A DNA stretch of 64,000 nt from a virus. The translations under genes were made by a program, and so were the position numbers. The notes under the pieces were generated by a model. It had not been told where the DNA came from. It saw only the letters and a list, made by a program, of their open reading frames with translations, and searched no databases. This document shows positions 10,233 through 21,400 of the stretch, piece by piece (the stretch's first letter is position 1; every line of letters begins with the position of its first letter). The stretch covers positions 1-64,000 of the IMG/VR virus record IMGVR_UViG_3300021961_000054, one strand, 5' to 3'.

Positions 10233-11263
10233 TGACCAAAACACTTTTAGTTGATGGTAACAACCTATTAAAAATTGGTTTTCATGGAGTTAAAGACTTT
10301 TTTAACAAAGGGGAACACGTTGGTGGTATTTGGCACTTTTTAAATACCCTTAGACGATTTTTAGAGGAAAGTAACTACACTAAGGTAGTTGTATTTTGGG
10401 ATAGCGAGACATCTTCTTTAGAAAGAAGACGAATATATCCAAAGTACAAGTTAAATCGAGACGCAGTAAAGAAAGAAGAGTTTAAGGATGAATCATTTTT
10501 AAAACAAAAACAAAGGGTTAAACAATATCTTGAAGAGATGTTTGTTAGACAACTTGAAATTGAAAAATCTGAAGCTGATGACTTAATTGCATATTACTGT
10601 CAAATATCAGAAGACGAAGAAAAAACAATCTTCTCTTCTGATAGAGATTTAACACAGTTAATTTCGGAAAAAGTATCGATATATTCACCACAACAAAAAA
10701 AGTATTTTAAAAATGGAGATAACATTAAGATTTACAAAAGAGAAATCCCACATTATAATGTTAAAACCTATAAAATATTAACAGGTGATAGTTCAGATAA
10801 TATTGATGGTATTTTTTATTTAGGTGAAGAAACTTTTATAAAATTATTTCCAGAAATACTTGAAACTGAAATAAAATATACCGATATTTTAACCAAAGCA
10901 GAAAACCTTTTAAAAGAACAAAAAAGTAGTGTTGCACTACAAAATCTTTTAAGTGGTAAAACAAAGGAAGGAATATTTGGGGAGGAGTTTTTTACCATCA
11001 ATGAGAAACTAGTTGACTTATCAAATCCACTGATCACGGATGAAGGTAAAGAATTAGTTAGTCTTTATTACTCAGAGTCATTGGATCCTGATGGACGAGG
11101 ACATAGAAACTTAATTCGAATGATGATGGAGGACGGACTCTTCAAATACCTACCAAAAAACGATGAAGCCTGGGTTTATTTTTTAAAACCATTTTTAAAG
11201 CTATCACGAAAAGAAAAAACAAAATTTAGAAACAGAAAAAACAAAAAAGATGAAAGAAAATAA
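10232..11263 (+). CDS. 5'-3' exonuclease / flap endonuclease (PolI N-terminal domain / T4 RNase H family)
   Basis: LLVDGNNL, VVFWD, YPKYKLNR, EADDLIA, SSDRDLTQL, LTGDSSDNIDG motifs. Confidence 0.92.
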   Translation: MTKTLLVDGNNLLKIGFHGVKDFFNKGEHVGGIWHFLNTLRRFLEESNYTKVVVFWDSETSSLERRRIYPKYKLNRDAVKKEEFKDESFLKQKQRVKQYLEEMFVRQLEIEKSEADDLIAYYCQISEDEEKTIFSSDRDLTQLISEKVSIYSPQQKKYFKNGDNIKIYKREIPHYNVKTYKILTGDSSDNIDGIFYLGEETFIKLFPEILETEIKYTDILTKAENLLKEQKSSVALQNLLSGKTKEGIFGEEFFTINEKLVDLSNPLITDEGKELVSLYYSESLDPDGRGHRNLIRMMMEDGLFKYLPKNDEAWVYFLKPFLKLSRKEKTKFRNRKNKKDERK

Positions 11264-11696
11264 TAATTTAACTAAATTAGAATTTTTATTAACATGTAAT
11301 CAAAACATTGTAGTACAGAGGTTCTTCAATGTTAGAAATTTCAACAAAAATGCAATTAAATCAGAAGAACTTTATAACTACATAAAAAGACTATGTGACG
11401 AACTAAAGTATGATTTAAAAATGAAATCTGTTGTATATATGCTGGACAATGAGTATGAGATTATTCAAAATCCAGAGGTTTTAAACACATCATACACAGA
11501 TGATGATGAGATATTTAACATATATATTAAGACTGAAAATATGACAATTTGTCATAGAGTGTTTGACGCAAAACTTTACCCACCAAAGGTAAGATATACC
11601 GTAGACCTACGCCCAAAGTTAAAAGAGATCTTAAATAGCTTAACTGACATTTTTTCAGATACAAAATTTAATTATTTTTATCCAGATTTTAATTAA
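11250..11696 (+). CDS. Hypothetical protein (148 aa)
   Basis: ORF overlapping the upstream stop within the replication operon. Confidence 0.75.
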   Translation: MKENNNLTKLEFLLTCNQNIVVQRFFNVRNFNKNAIKSEELYNYIKRLCDELKYDLKMKSVVYMLDNEYEIIQNPEVLNTSYTDDDEIFNIYIKTENMTICHRVFDAKLYPPKVRYTVDLRPKLKEILNSLTDIFSDTKFNYFYPDFN

Positions 11697-11736
11697 AATC
11701 AATAGTATTTATCATTACTAACATTAATTAAAATAT

Positions 11737-13122
11737 ATGGCGACAACAAAAAACTTTGAATATCTAGGAAATAATTTTCAAATCCAATTACTTAATCAAA
11801 TTATCGTAGACAAAGACTTCTCTCATTCAATAATCGATGTAATTGATAATGGTTATTTTGAAAATAAATATTTTAAAATCATTATGCAAATGATTAAAGA
11901 GTATTATATAAAATATAACCACACACCATCATTTGAAACATTAGAACAGGTTACAAAATCTGAATTACAACAACAAATTGCTGTTAAAGTTGTGCTTGAT
12001 ACAATAAAGAAAATACAAGAAGCACCAATTGATGGTGTTGATTTTGTACAAGAGAAGGCACTTAAGTTTTGTAAGCAACAAGAGTTACAAAAGGTGATGT
12101 CAAGAGCTCAAAAAATCATTGATGGTGGGGAGTTTGAGAACTATGACACTCTAGAAGAAATGGTAAGAGAAGCCCTTCTAGTTGGTTCAAAAGACACAAG
12201 CACCATGGATGTCTTTTCAAACTTAGATCAAGTATTAGAGGATGATTATAGACACCCAATACCTATGGGTATCCCAGGTATCGATAGACTATTAAAAGGC
12301 GGTCTAGCTAAAGGAGAGATTGGTGTTATTCTAGCTCCAACTGGAGTTGGTAAATCAACAGTACTTACAAAGATTGCAAACCATGCGTTTAATCTTGGAT
12401 TTAATGTACTACAAATCTTCTTTGAGGACAACCCAAAAGTTATTCAAAGAAAACACTTTACACTTTGGACAAAGATTCATCCAGATGAGTTATCAGAAAA
12501 GAGAGTTGAGGTTATGGATAAGGTTAATGAAATCAAAAGTACAATGGATAATACATTAGATTTAAAGAAATTACCATCCGATACAAAGACAATGTTACAG
12601 ATTAAAAATGAGATTAGAAAGATGATTGCTGACGGAACTAAAATCGATATGGTTGTACTAGATTATATCGATTGTATAGTCCCAGACAAGAATTTAGGTG
12701 ATGAATGGAAGAGTGAAGGTTCAGTAATGAGAGGTTTTGAAGCGATGTGCCATGAACTAAATATTGCAGGATGGACAGCAACACAAGGTAATAGATCATC
12801 AATTTCATCGGATGTTGTCACAACAGATCAAATGGGGGGATCAATTAAAAAAGCTCAAGTAGGTCACGTTATCATATCTGTTGCAAAATCACTACAACAA
12901 AAAGAAATGAAGTTAGCTACAATAGCAATTACCAAATCTAGAATTGGAGATGATGGTGTGGTTTTTGAAAATTGCAAATTCGACAACGCTATGATAGAAA
13001 TAGATACCGAAAGTACCACAACATTCTTGGGTCTTGAAGAACAAAAAGAAGAACGTCAAAGAGAACGTGTTAAAGAATTGTTAGAAAAAAGAAAACAAAG
13101 AGAACAACAAATCAAAAATTAA
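11737..13122 (+). CDS. dnaB: Replicative DNA helicase, DnaB/T4 gp41 family
   Basis: GIPGIDRLLKGGL, Walker A APTGVGKS, VVLDYID, WTATQGNR, ITKSR. Confidence 0.92.
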   Translation: MATTKNFEYLGNNFQIQLLNQIIVDKDFSHSIIDVIDNGYFENKYFKIIMQMIKEYYIKYNHTPSFETLEQVTKSELQQQIAVKVVLDTIKKIQEAPIDGVDFVQEKALKFCKQQELQKVMSRAQKIIDGGEFENYDTLEEMVREALLVGSKDTSTMDVFSNLDQVLEDDYRHPIPMGIPGIDRLLKGGLAKGEIGVILAPTGVGKSTVLTKIANHAFNLGFNVLQIFFEDNPKVIQRKHFTLWTKIHPDELSEKRVEVMDKVNEIKSTMDNTLDLKKLPSDTKTMLQIKNEIRKMIADGTKIDMVVLDYIDCIVPDKNLGDEWKSEGSVMRGFEAMCHELNIAGWTATQGNRSSISSDVVTTDQMGGSIKKAQVGHVIISVAKSLQQKEMKLATIAITKSRIGDDGVVFENCKFDNAMIEIDTESTTTFLGLEEQKEERQRERVKELLEKRKQREQQIKN

Positions 13123-13146
13123 ATAAATTAGTTAAAATTTTAAATT

Positions 13147-15006
13147 ATGGATATTTCACAAAAAATATTAAGTGACGTAACTGTCTATATGAAATACGCT
13201 AAGTATGTCCCAGAATTAAATAGAAGAGAAACTTGGGAAGAATTAGTAACAAGAAATAAAGAAATGCATCAAAAAAAGTACCCACAAATTAAATGGGAAA
13301 TTGAACAAGTGTATAAAATGGTATATGATAAAAAAATATTACCATCTATGAGGTCTTTACAGTTTGGTGGTAAACCAATCGAGATTTCACCAAATAGAGT
13401 TTATAATTGTGCATATATGCCAATTGATCATACAGATGCCTTTGCTGAGACAATGTTCTTACTTTTAGGTGGAACTGGAGTTGGATTTTCAGTACAAAAA
13501 CACCACGTAGATAAACTACCTGAAATTAGAAAACCAAACCCAAATAGAACCAGAAGATACTTAATTGGAGATTCAATCGAAGGGTGGGCCGATGCCGTTA
13601 AGGTATTAATCGAGTCCTACTTAGGAACAAAAGCGTCAACCCCGGTTTTTGACTATTCAGATATTCGTCAAAAAGGAGCCCTTTTGGTTACATCTGGAGG
13701 TAAAGCACCAGGGCCACAACCACTAAAAGATTGTATCCATCACATTACAAAAGTATTGGATGCAAAAGAAGATGGTGACAAATTGTCACCAATTGAAACT
13801 CACGATATCGTATGTCATATTGCAGACGCAGTATTAGCCGGTGGTATTCGTAGAGCGGCACTTATATCATTATTCTCAGCAGACGATGATGAAATGATTT
13901 CTTGTAAGTCTGGTAATTGGTGGGAGAAAAACCCACAAAGAGGTAGAGCAAATAATTCTGCAGTTCTTTTAAGACACAAAGTAACACAAGAATACTTTAT
14001 GGACCTTTGGAAAAGAATTGAATTATCTGGAGCAGGTGAGCCAGGAATCTATTTATCAAATGATAAAGACTGGGGAACAAATCCTTGTTGTGAAATTGCA
14101 CTTAGACCATACCAGTTCTGTAACTTGTGTGAGGTAAACGCATCAGATATTGAATCACAAGAAGATTTTGAAAATAGAGTTAAAGGAGCTGCATTCATTG
14201 GAACACTACAAGCTGGCTATACAGACTTCCACTACCTAAGAGACGTATGGAAAAGAACAACCGAAAAAGATGCACTTATTGGTGTAGGAATGACAGGAAT
14301 TGGATCTGGCGTTGTATTAGGTTATGACATGAAAGCAGCAGCTAAAGCGGTTAAAGAAGAAAATGAAAGAGTTGCGGAACTAATTGGAATTAACAAAGCA
14401 GCTAGAACTACAACTGTTAAACCATCTGGAACTTCATCACTTGTATTAGGAACTTCATCAGGTATTCACGCTTGGCACAATGACTATTATTTAAGAAGAA
14501 TTAGAGTTGGAAAGAATGAAGCAATCTATTCTTACTTAGTGGCAAACCACCCAGAATTAGTTGAAGATGAATACTTTAGACCTCACGATACTGCGGTAAT
14601 TACAATACCTCAGAAAGCACCAGAAGGGTCAATTTTGAGGTATGAGTCAGTATTCCAAATGCTTGAAAGGGTTAAAAAAGTGTCACAAGAATGGGTTAAA
14701 TCAGGACATAGAACAGGGCAAAATACACACAATGTGTCAGCAACAATCTCAATTAAACAAGATGAGTGGGACTTAGTTGGTGATTGGATGTGGAAAAATA
14801 GAAAATTCTATAATGGATTATCAGTACTACCATATTCAGACCACACATATACTCAAGCCCCATTTGAGGACTGTGATTCTGAAACATTTGACAAGTTATT
14901 ATCAACTCTAAAAAATGTTGATTTAAAAAAGATTGTTGAATTACAAGATAATACTAATTTAAGTGGAGAATTGGCTTGTGCAAACGGATCTTGCGAGATA
15001 ATTTAA
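13147..15006 (+). CDS. nrdJ: Class II (adenosylcobalamin-dependent) ribonucleotide reductase, monomeric RTPR-like
   Basis: RRETWEE, PSMR, YNCAY, GGTGVGFS, GGIRRAALI, TNPCCEI, TTVKPSGT, C-terminal ACANGSCEI; no NrdB partner nearby. Confidence 0.9.
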   Translation: MDISQKILSDVTVYMKYAKYVPELNRRETWEELVTRNKEMHQKKYPQIKWEIEQVYKMVYDKKILPSMRSLQFGGKPIEISPNRVYNCAYMPIDHTDAFAETMFLLLGGTGVGFSVQKHHVDKLPEIRKPNPNRTRRYLIGDSIEGWADAVKVLIESYLGTKASTPVFDYSDIRQKGALLVTSGGKAPGPQPLKDCIHHITKVLDAKEDGDKLSPIETHDIVCHIADAVLAGGIRRAALISLFSADDDEMISCKSGNWWEKNPQRGRANNSAVLLRHKVTQEYFMDLWKRIELSGAGEPGIYLSNDKDWGTNPCCEIALRPYQFCNLCEVNASDIESQEDFENRVKGAAFIGTLQAGYTDFHYLRDVWKRTTEKDALIGVGMTGIGSGVVLGYDMKAAAKAVKEENERVAELIGINKAARTTTVKPSGTSSLVLGTSSGIHAWHNDYYLRRIRVGKNEAIYSYLVANHPELVEDEYFRPHDTAVITIPQKAPEGSILRYESVFQMLERVKKVSQEWVKSGHRTGQNTHNVSATISIKQDEWDLVGDWMWKNRKFYNGLSVLPYSDHTYTQAPFEDCDSETFDKLLSTLKNVDLKKIVELQDNTNLSGELACANGSCEII

Positions 15007-15012
15007 GATTAG

Positions 15013-15050
15013 AAAAGTAAGGAATTTATTAAAAGTTCCTTACTTTTTTT
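15013..15050 (+). terminator. Rho-independent terminator after nrdJ
   Basis: AAAAGTAAGGAATTT / AAGTTCCTTACTTTT stem followed by a T run. Confidence 0.8.
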
Positions 15051-15093
15051 ATTTCACAATATATTTATATGTAATAACAAATACTTGTGAAAT

Positions 15094-15705
15094 ATGAAAA
15101 AAATTGAAATGATTGGTAAAGTTTTTGGAAAACTTAAAGTGGTTGAAGAACTAAAAAGAAATAAAAATGGTCATATAAGATATGGTTGTGAATGTGAATG
15201 TGGTAATATAACAGAAGTTTTTGGGACACACCTACGTAGTGGTAGCATAATTTCTTGTGGTTGTAAAAATAGAATCAATAAAGAAGGCGGTATTAATGGT
15301 GATTTATGGTATAACATAACTAATCATAAAACCTCTAAAAGAGCGAACAGAAGAAATTTAGATTTTAATTTAACCAAAGAATATATTTATGAATTATTTA
15401 AAAAACAAAGTGGTAAGTGTAATTTATCCGGAATTAATATCACATTACCAATTAGTTGGAATGATAAATCATATACCGCATCATTAGATAGAATAGATAG
15501 TAAAAATGGTTATGTTATTGGGAATGTACAATGGGTTCATAAACACATAAATGTAATGAAAAATATTTTCAGTCAAGATATGTTTATTTTTCTATGTAAT
15601 CAAGTAACAAAAAATAACAAATTAGTTGATTTTGATATTAAAAAAATTGATGAATTTAAATGGGGTTTAAACACAAAATATTATGAAAGTAACTTGGGGA
15701 AATAA
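15094..15705 (+). CDS. Free-standing HNH-type homing endonuclease
   Basis: GKVFGKLKVVE..CECECGN..SCGC N-terminal domain and ASLDRIDSKNGYVIGNVQWVHKHINVMK nuclease motif. Confidence 0.8.
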   Translation: MKKIEMIGKVFGKLKVVEELKRNKNGHIRYGCECECGNITEVFGTHLRSGSIISCGCKNRINKEGGINGDLWYNITNHKTSKRANRRNLDFNLTKEYIYELFKKQSGKCNLSGINITLPISWNDKSYTASLDRIDSKNGYVIGNVQWVHKHINVMKNIFSQDMFIFLCNQVTKNNKLVDFDIKKIDEFKWGLNTKYYESNLGK

Positions 15706-15763
15706 TGTAACATTAACATATCAAGTATTGTTAGCGTTCTATAACTTAAGAAAACAAAACTAA
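15683..15763 (+). CDS. Small ORF not in track (26 aa, MKVTWGNNVTLTYQVLLAFYNLRKQN)
   Basis: Read directly; ATG 15683 overlaps the HNH 3' end and the stop lies 1 nt before ATG 15765. Confidence 0.45.
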   Translation: MKVTWGNNVTLTYQVLLAFYNLRKQN

Positions 15764-15764
15764 A

Positions 15765-15995
15765 ATGACAGTTAACGCATCAAAAGATTGGGTACAACAA
15801 TTATATGTTCAGGAGATTAATAAAAAGTCTCCTGAACCTGATTTTTATAAAGATAAATTTGGTAATATAGTTATGACTGAATCTTTTCATATTAAAAGAG
15901 GTAAATGTTGTGGATCACAATGCCGTCACTGCCCCTACGAACCACTATATGAAAAAGGTAATACAAACTTAAAAGAATCATCGAGAAATCGGTGA
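15765..15995 (+). CDS. DUF5522-like small Cys-rich protein
   Basis: HIKRGKCCGSQCRHCPY matches the RGxCCGxxCRHCPY signature. Confidence 0.8.
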   Translation: MTVNASKDWVQQLYVQEINKKSPEPDFYKDKFGNIVMTESFHIKRGKCCGSQCRHCPYEPLYEKGNTNLKESSRNR

Positions 15996-16002
15996 TTTTT
16001 TT
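15976..16002 (+). terminator. Rho-independent terminator ending the replication block
   Basis: AATCATCGA-GAAA-TCGGTGATT (GNRA loop) followed by a T run. Confidence 0.8.
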
Positions 16003-16039
16003 ATTTATATAAAATTATTACTAAGTATATTTATATAAT

Positions 16040-16501
16040 ATGGCAAATGGAATAACATATGGAATAACGTTTCCTTTTTCACAATCAACAATTGGTAGAT
16101 TCTTAGGCGTTACAGAAACATCTGATGATGAAATAAGGAGTAACATAATACACCTATTATTAACTAGAAAAGGATCAAGATATTTTTTACCTGATTTTGG
16201 TACTAGACTATATGAATTTATTTTTGAACCATTAGATGGGCCAACATTCTCTGATATTGACGCAGAAATTAGACAAAGTATTGGTCAATATCTTCCTGGA
16301 GTTAGAGTTACAAATATTGAAATAACTGATGCTAGTAATGATTTTGACAATAAAGGTGCCACATATATTAATTCAGAGGGTCAAAGAGAATATGTAATTC
16401 CTGGTTTAGCACAAAAAGAATATACAGCAAAAGTTAAAATCGATTATAAAATAACAAATTCAGCATTAGAGTCTAGTGATTTTGTTATAATTAATATTTA
16501 A
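16040..16501 (+). CDS. Baseplate wedge subunit, gp25/GPW family
   Basis: GITFPF, IRSNIIHLLLTRKGSRYFLPDFGTRLYEFIFEP. Confidence 0.9.
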   Translation: MANGITYGITFPFSQSTIGRFLGVTETSDDEIRSNIIHLLLTRKGSRYFLPDFGTRLYEFIFEPLDGPTFSDIDAEIRQSIGQYLPGVRVTNIEITDASNDFDNKGATYINSEGQREYVIPGLAQKEYTAKVKIDYKITNSALESSDFVIINI

Positions 16502-16506
16502 TATAT

Positions 16507-18345
16507 ATGGCAGATAAAAAGATATCATATACTACTAGAGACTTTGAATCGGTAAGAACAGAGTTAATTAACTTTACAAGACAGTATTATCCAGATTTAA
16601 TACAGAATTTTAATGATGCTGGTATATTCTCTGTTTTTTTAGATTTAAATGCCGCGGTAACCGACAATTTAAATTTTCATATTGATAGAAGTCTACAAGA
16701 AACAGTTCTACAATTTGCACAACAAAGATCTTCAATATATAATATAGCAAGAACATATGGATTAAAAATTCCTGGACAAAGACCATCAGTTGCCCTAGTT
16801 GACTTTTCAATCACAGTACCAGCTTTTGGTGATAAGGAAGACTTAAGATATTGTGGTATTTTAAGAAGAGGAGCCCAAGTTCTTGGGTCAGGTCAAATTT
16901 TTGAGACAGTATATGACATTGATTTTTCATCAGCAATTAACGCTGAAGGGTTTCCAAATAGACTAAAAATTCCAAATTTTGATACTAGTGGAAGGTTATT
17001 AAATTATACAATAACAAAAAGAGAAGTTGTCGTTAATGGAATTACAAAAGTGTTTAAAAGAGTTATAACACCAAACGATGTTAGACCATTCTTAGAGTTA
17101 TTTTTACCAGAAAAGAATGTATTAGGAATTACAAGTGTTTTAGTTAAGGAAGGTACGCAATACACTACAATCCCACCAACACAAGAATTTTTAGGTTTAA
17201 ATAATAGATGGTACGAAGTAAGAGCATTAGCTGAAGATAGAGTGTTTGTTGAAGACCCAACAAAAGTATCAGACAATCCAGGTATTAAAGTTGGTAAGTA
17301 TATTACAACAAGTAATAAATTTATAAGTGAATACACAAATGAAGGGTTTTTAAAGATGACTTTTGGTGGTGGAAATATATCTGCTGAAGAACAAATTAGG
17401 GATTTTGCAAGAACTGGATACGATTTAAATATATCAAAATACTCAAACAATTTAGCACTTGGTAGTGCACTAAAACCAAACACAACATTATTCATACAAT
17501 ATAGAACTGGTGGTGGTGCTACTAGTAATTTAGGTGTTAATGTTATAAATCAAATTGGAACCGTAACATTCGCTGTTAATGGACCACAAGAAACAACAAA
17601 TAGAACTGTAATAAATTCATTAAGATGTAACAATTTAACTGCCGCAGTTGGTGGTGCTAATAGACCAACAATAGAAGAAGTTAGAAATATGGTATCATTT
17701 AACTTTGCAGCACAAAATAGAGCCGTAACAGTTAATGATTATGAATCTATTATTAGAAATATGCCATCACAATTTGGAGCACCAGCAAAAGTAACAATAA
17801 CAGAGGAAAATAATAAAATAAAAATAAAACTACTATCTTATGATGAAGATGGTAAGTTAACTGAAATATCATCAAACACATTAAAACAAAATATTGCAAA
17901 TTACCTATCAAACTATAGAATGATAAATGATTATATCTCAGTTGAAAGTGCGAATGTAATTGATTTAGGTGTCACAGTTGATGTTGTCCTAGATGCCACA
18001 CAAAACCAAGGAGCTTTAGTCACAAAGATTGTTGATATTGTGACACAATATTTCTCACCAAGTAATAGACAAATGGGTGAAAATGTTTACGTATCAGAAA
18101 TACGTAAGAATATACAAAACGAAGATGGTGTAATTAGTGTGTCTGATATTTTGTTCTTTAATAAAGTAGGAGGTCAGTATTCATCATCTCAAACGTCACA
18201 AAAATATTCAGATCCTGAGACAAAACAAATCCAACTTATAGCCGACACAATATTTGCGGAACCAACCCAAACGTACCAAGTAAGATTCCCAAATAAAGAC
18301 ATTAACGTTAGAGTTCTTAATTTTAAAGGAATCAATTTCTCTTGA
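16507..18345 (+). CDS. Baseplate wedge protein, T4 gp6/baseplate J-like
   Basis: YTTRDFESVRTEL, AQQRSSIYNIARTYG, AVGGANR, AQNRAVTVNDYE; directly follows gp25. Confidence 0.88.
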   Translation: MADKKISYTTRDFESVRTELINFTRQYYPDLIQNFNDAGIFSVFLDLNAAVTDNLNFHIDRSLQETVLQFAQQRSSIYNIARTYGLKIPGQRPSVALVDFSITVPAFGDKEDLRYCGILRRGAQVLGSGQIFETVYDIDFSSAINAEGFPNRLKIPNFDTSGRLLNYTITKREVVVNGITKVFKRVITPNDVRPFLELFLPEKNVLGITSVLVKEGTQYTTIPPTQEFLGLNNRWYEVRALAEDRVFVEDPTKVSDNPGIKVGKYITTSNKFISEYTNEGFLKMTFGGGNISAEEQIRDFARTGYDLNISKYSNNLALGSALKPNTTLFIQYRTGGGATSNLGVNVINQIGTVTFAVNGPQETTNRTVINSLRCNNLTAAVGGANRPTIEEVRNMVSFNFAAQNRAVTVNDYESIIRNMPSQFGAPAKVTITEENNKIKIKLLSYDEDGKLTEISSNTLKQNIANYLSNYRMINDYISVESANVIDLGVTVDVVLDATQNQGALVTKIVDIVTQYFSPSNRQMGENVYVSEIRKNIQNEDGVISVSDILFFNKVGGQYSSSQTSQKYSDPETKQIQLIADTIFAEPTQTYQVRFPNKDINVRVLNFKGINFS

Positions 18346-18418
18346 TGATTTATTTTTTTTAGAAAAAGATTATTTTTTGAAAATAGGAAATAAACTATTT
18401 ATCAAGAAATAGAAATCA

Positions 18419-21400
18419 ATGCCAAAATCGCAAAGAATATCAACAAACATAGGTGTAGACAAATCATTACGAGTACAGTTAGATCAAGACTTTGAAACAC
18501 TAAATATATTATCGCTTAAAATACTAAAAAGTGACATATATAGTAGACAATGTTCTGACTATGGGGTTGTTGTTGGTAGAGTATCAGTTAATGGTGGATT
18601 TGGATTACCAAACGCCAAAGTATCTATTTTTATACCATTATCAGAAGAAGACAGCAATAATGAAGTTATAAAACAAATTTATCCATACGAGTCATTATCT
18701 GATTTTGACGATAATGGTTATCGATATAATCTATTATCTAAAAATCCATCATATGATGGTCACGTTGTTACCGGGACATTTCCAGATAGAGAAGAAGTTC
18801 TAACAGATCAGACATATATTGAGTTATATGACAAATATTATAAGTTTACAACTAGAACAAACGATAGTGGGGATTATATGATATTTGGTGTACCAACTGG
18901 TAGCCAAACCGTTTTTATGGACGTTGATTTATCTGATATTGGGTGTTTTTCATTATCACCACAAGACTTAATCCAATCAGGACAAGCCACCGAATCACAA
19001 GTAAATGGGTCTAAGTTTAAATCATCAACAAATCTAAGTGAATTACCACAAATAAAAACAATAAATAAAATTATTGAGGTATCTCCACTATGGGGTGAAC
19101 CTGAAATATGTGAGTTAGGAATTACTAGAACTGATTTTGATTTAACAGCTGAAGCAAACATTAGTATAAACCCAACAGCTGTTTTTATGGGTTCAATTAT
19201 ATCAACAACAGAAGATGACGCCTTAAAAACTAATTGTAAACCTAAAAATAATACTGGTAATTTATGTGAATTGGTTTCAGGTCCTGGACAAATATTAACG
19301 ATAAGACAAACAATAGATATTGATAATGAAGGAAGACCAATACTTGAACAATTTGATTTAGGTAATAATGGAAAAGTTATTGATGGAGATGGTTCCTATT
19401 TGGTTAATTTACCAATGAATTTAGATTACATCTACACCAATGAATTTGGTGAACAAGCAATATCTAATGACCCAAAAGTAGGTATACCAACTAAAGCAAA
19501 ATATAGATTTAAATTTAAATGGGAAAATGAAGGTGGATTACAAAATGATTTTTTAAGAGCAAATTACCTTGTACCAAACATTAAAGAGTATGGTTGGACT
19601 AGTTCATCATATAGTACAGATCCATTAAAAACAGGTCTAGAACAAACAATAGAATTTATAACACCAGTTGGAAATACCTCAACAACGGTTACTTTTACAC
19701 AAGATGGTGGATTAGTTTTTGACGAAACAATAAATACATCATCATATAGTGTGACAATAAATGGACAACCTTATTTTGGTGATACGCAGGTTATTAGTGT
19801 TTTGGCTGGGGACGTTGTTGAAATAACACCAGTATTTATAGACCCAAGTACACCATCCACTGTTAATTATACAAATTATAATCAAGAATATTTTGAATTA
19901 TTAAAATCATATTCATTTAGTCTAGATTGGGATGATTACGTAAATCAACAGGAAGCCATCAACTGTGAAGATACTTTTTATGAGTTTAATTATAACAAGG
20001 TATATACAACAGCTATGTTTATTGATAGATATAAAAATGGTATTGGTAGAGGTCGACATTTAGGTATTAAAGAAATTGATAATCGAAGTTGTAAATCAGA
20101 TGTTAATACATTTCCAGTAAATGATGTCATTAGAAATTTTGACTTTTTATTTTTTGCCTTTAACCTACTACTCAACATATTAACACCAATATTTGTTGTT
20201 GTTTTATTTGTAGCACATTTAATTGCTTTAATGTGGCCAATTTTAAAATGGATATTAATAGCATTAGGTCTATATTTTACAGTACAAGCTGTATTTGAAG
20301 TTATTGACATTGCTAGTCAAATAGCTAATATTGGAAACGAAATTGCTGGTTTATTTAGTTTTGGTATTGGAGCAGTATTTAATTTAACAAATTTATTACA
20401 GGCTATATTATTGTCACTAACTCTTCTAGCTTTAATAACTAAAGCAATTTTTATTATTGGTATATCTCTTGGATTTTTAACCTTAGCAATATTTGCAGCA
20501 CTTAAAGTCAAAGGATTTCCAAGAATTGGCCTTCCAATGATAACTTATCCAGATTGCTCAACTTGTGATTGTAATTGTGGTGAAGCTGAATTGGGTGATG
20601 ATTTTGATAGTTCATCTGTTGAGTCATACGCAAACCAACAAGGAAGTCAAAATATAAATTTAGGTGGTGATTTACCATCTGGAATACCAGTAATGACTGC
20701 AACACAAAATTCGATTTTTGCACCAATAAATAAACTTAATAGCTACATAGTAGAACACCCAAATTTAGATCAACCTTTAAATGATGATAATGAACCTTTA
20801 AGATGTTATGGTAATTTTTGGTTTCAAGGGAGCGGTAATGACTGTTTTGGGGGAATTGGAGGACTAGATAGAGGAGCTCCAGAATATCAATATCGTTCAT
20901 TCACAAATCAATCAGCAAATCAAACATTAGATGGTAGTGTTGGTGTTCCAGCAGGACTTGGGTTTCTTAGATTAGCTGCAGGTAGTGAGTCATTAGATGA
21001 GTCTAATATCCAATATGGTATTCCAAGTAAATATTTATTACACGCACCACAACCATTTTTATTTGCGACATATAGAAGTGGGAATAATAGTGATTCACTA
21101 AGATATTTAGCACAACCAGCAACTGAAGCTTACTCACAAAAACTAAATGAGTTTAATTATAGACAAAAATATTTTGATGTTGTTAATAGAATTAAAGTCA
21201 CATTTAATGAACCAGATAATAATGGTTTGTCACATTACGATCAACCACTAGTTATTTTAGCAAGACCGGGAATGCTACAAACTTTAGGTATTGGACAGTT
21301 ATTCACTTTCCAAGACCCTAATTTATCTAATTGTAATGTAAATATAACAGGAGCAACATTTGATGGTGACACAAATCAGTTTGGAACAAATGGTGTAACA

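Noticed and set aside
15007-15765. Group I intron housing the HNH gene within nrdJ
   Set aside because: nrdJ is complete with its C-terminal Cys pair and is followed by a terminator; there is no room for an intron core.
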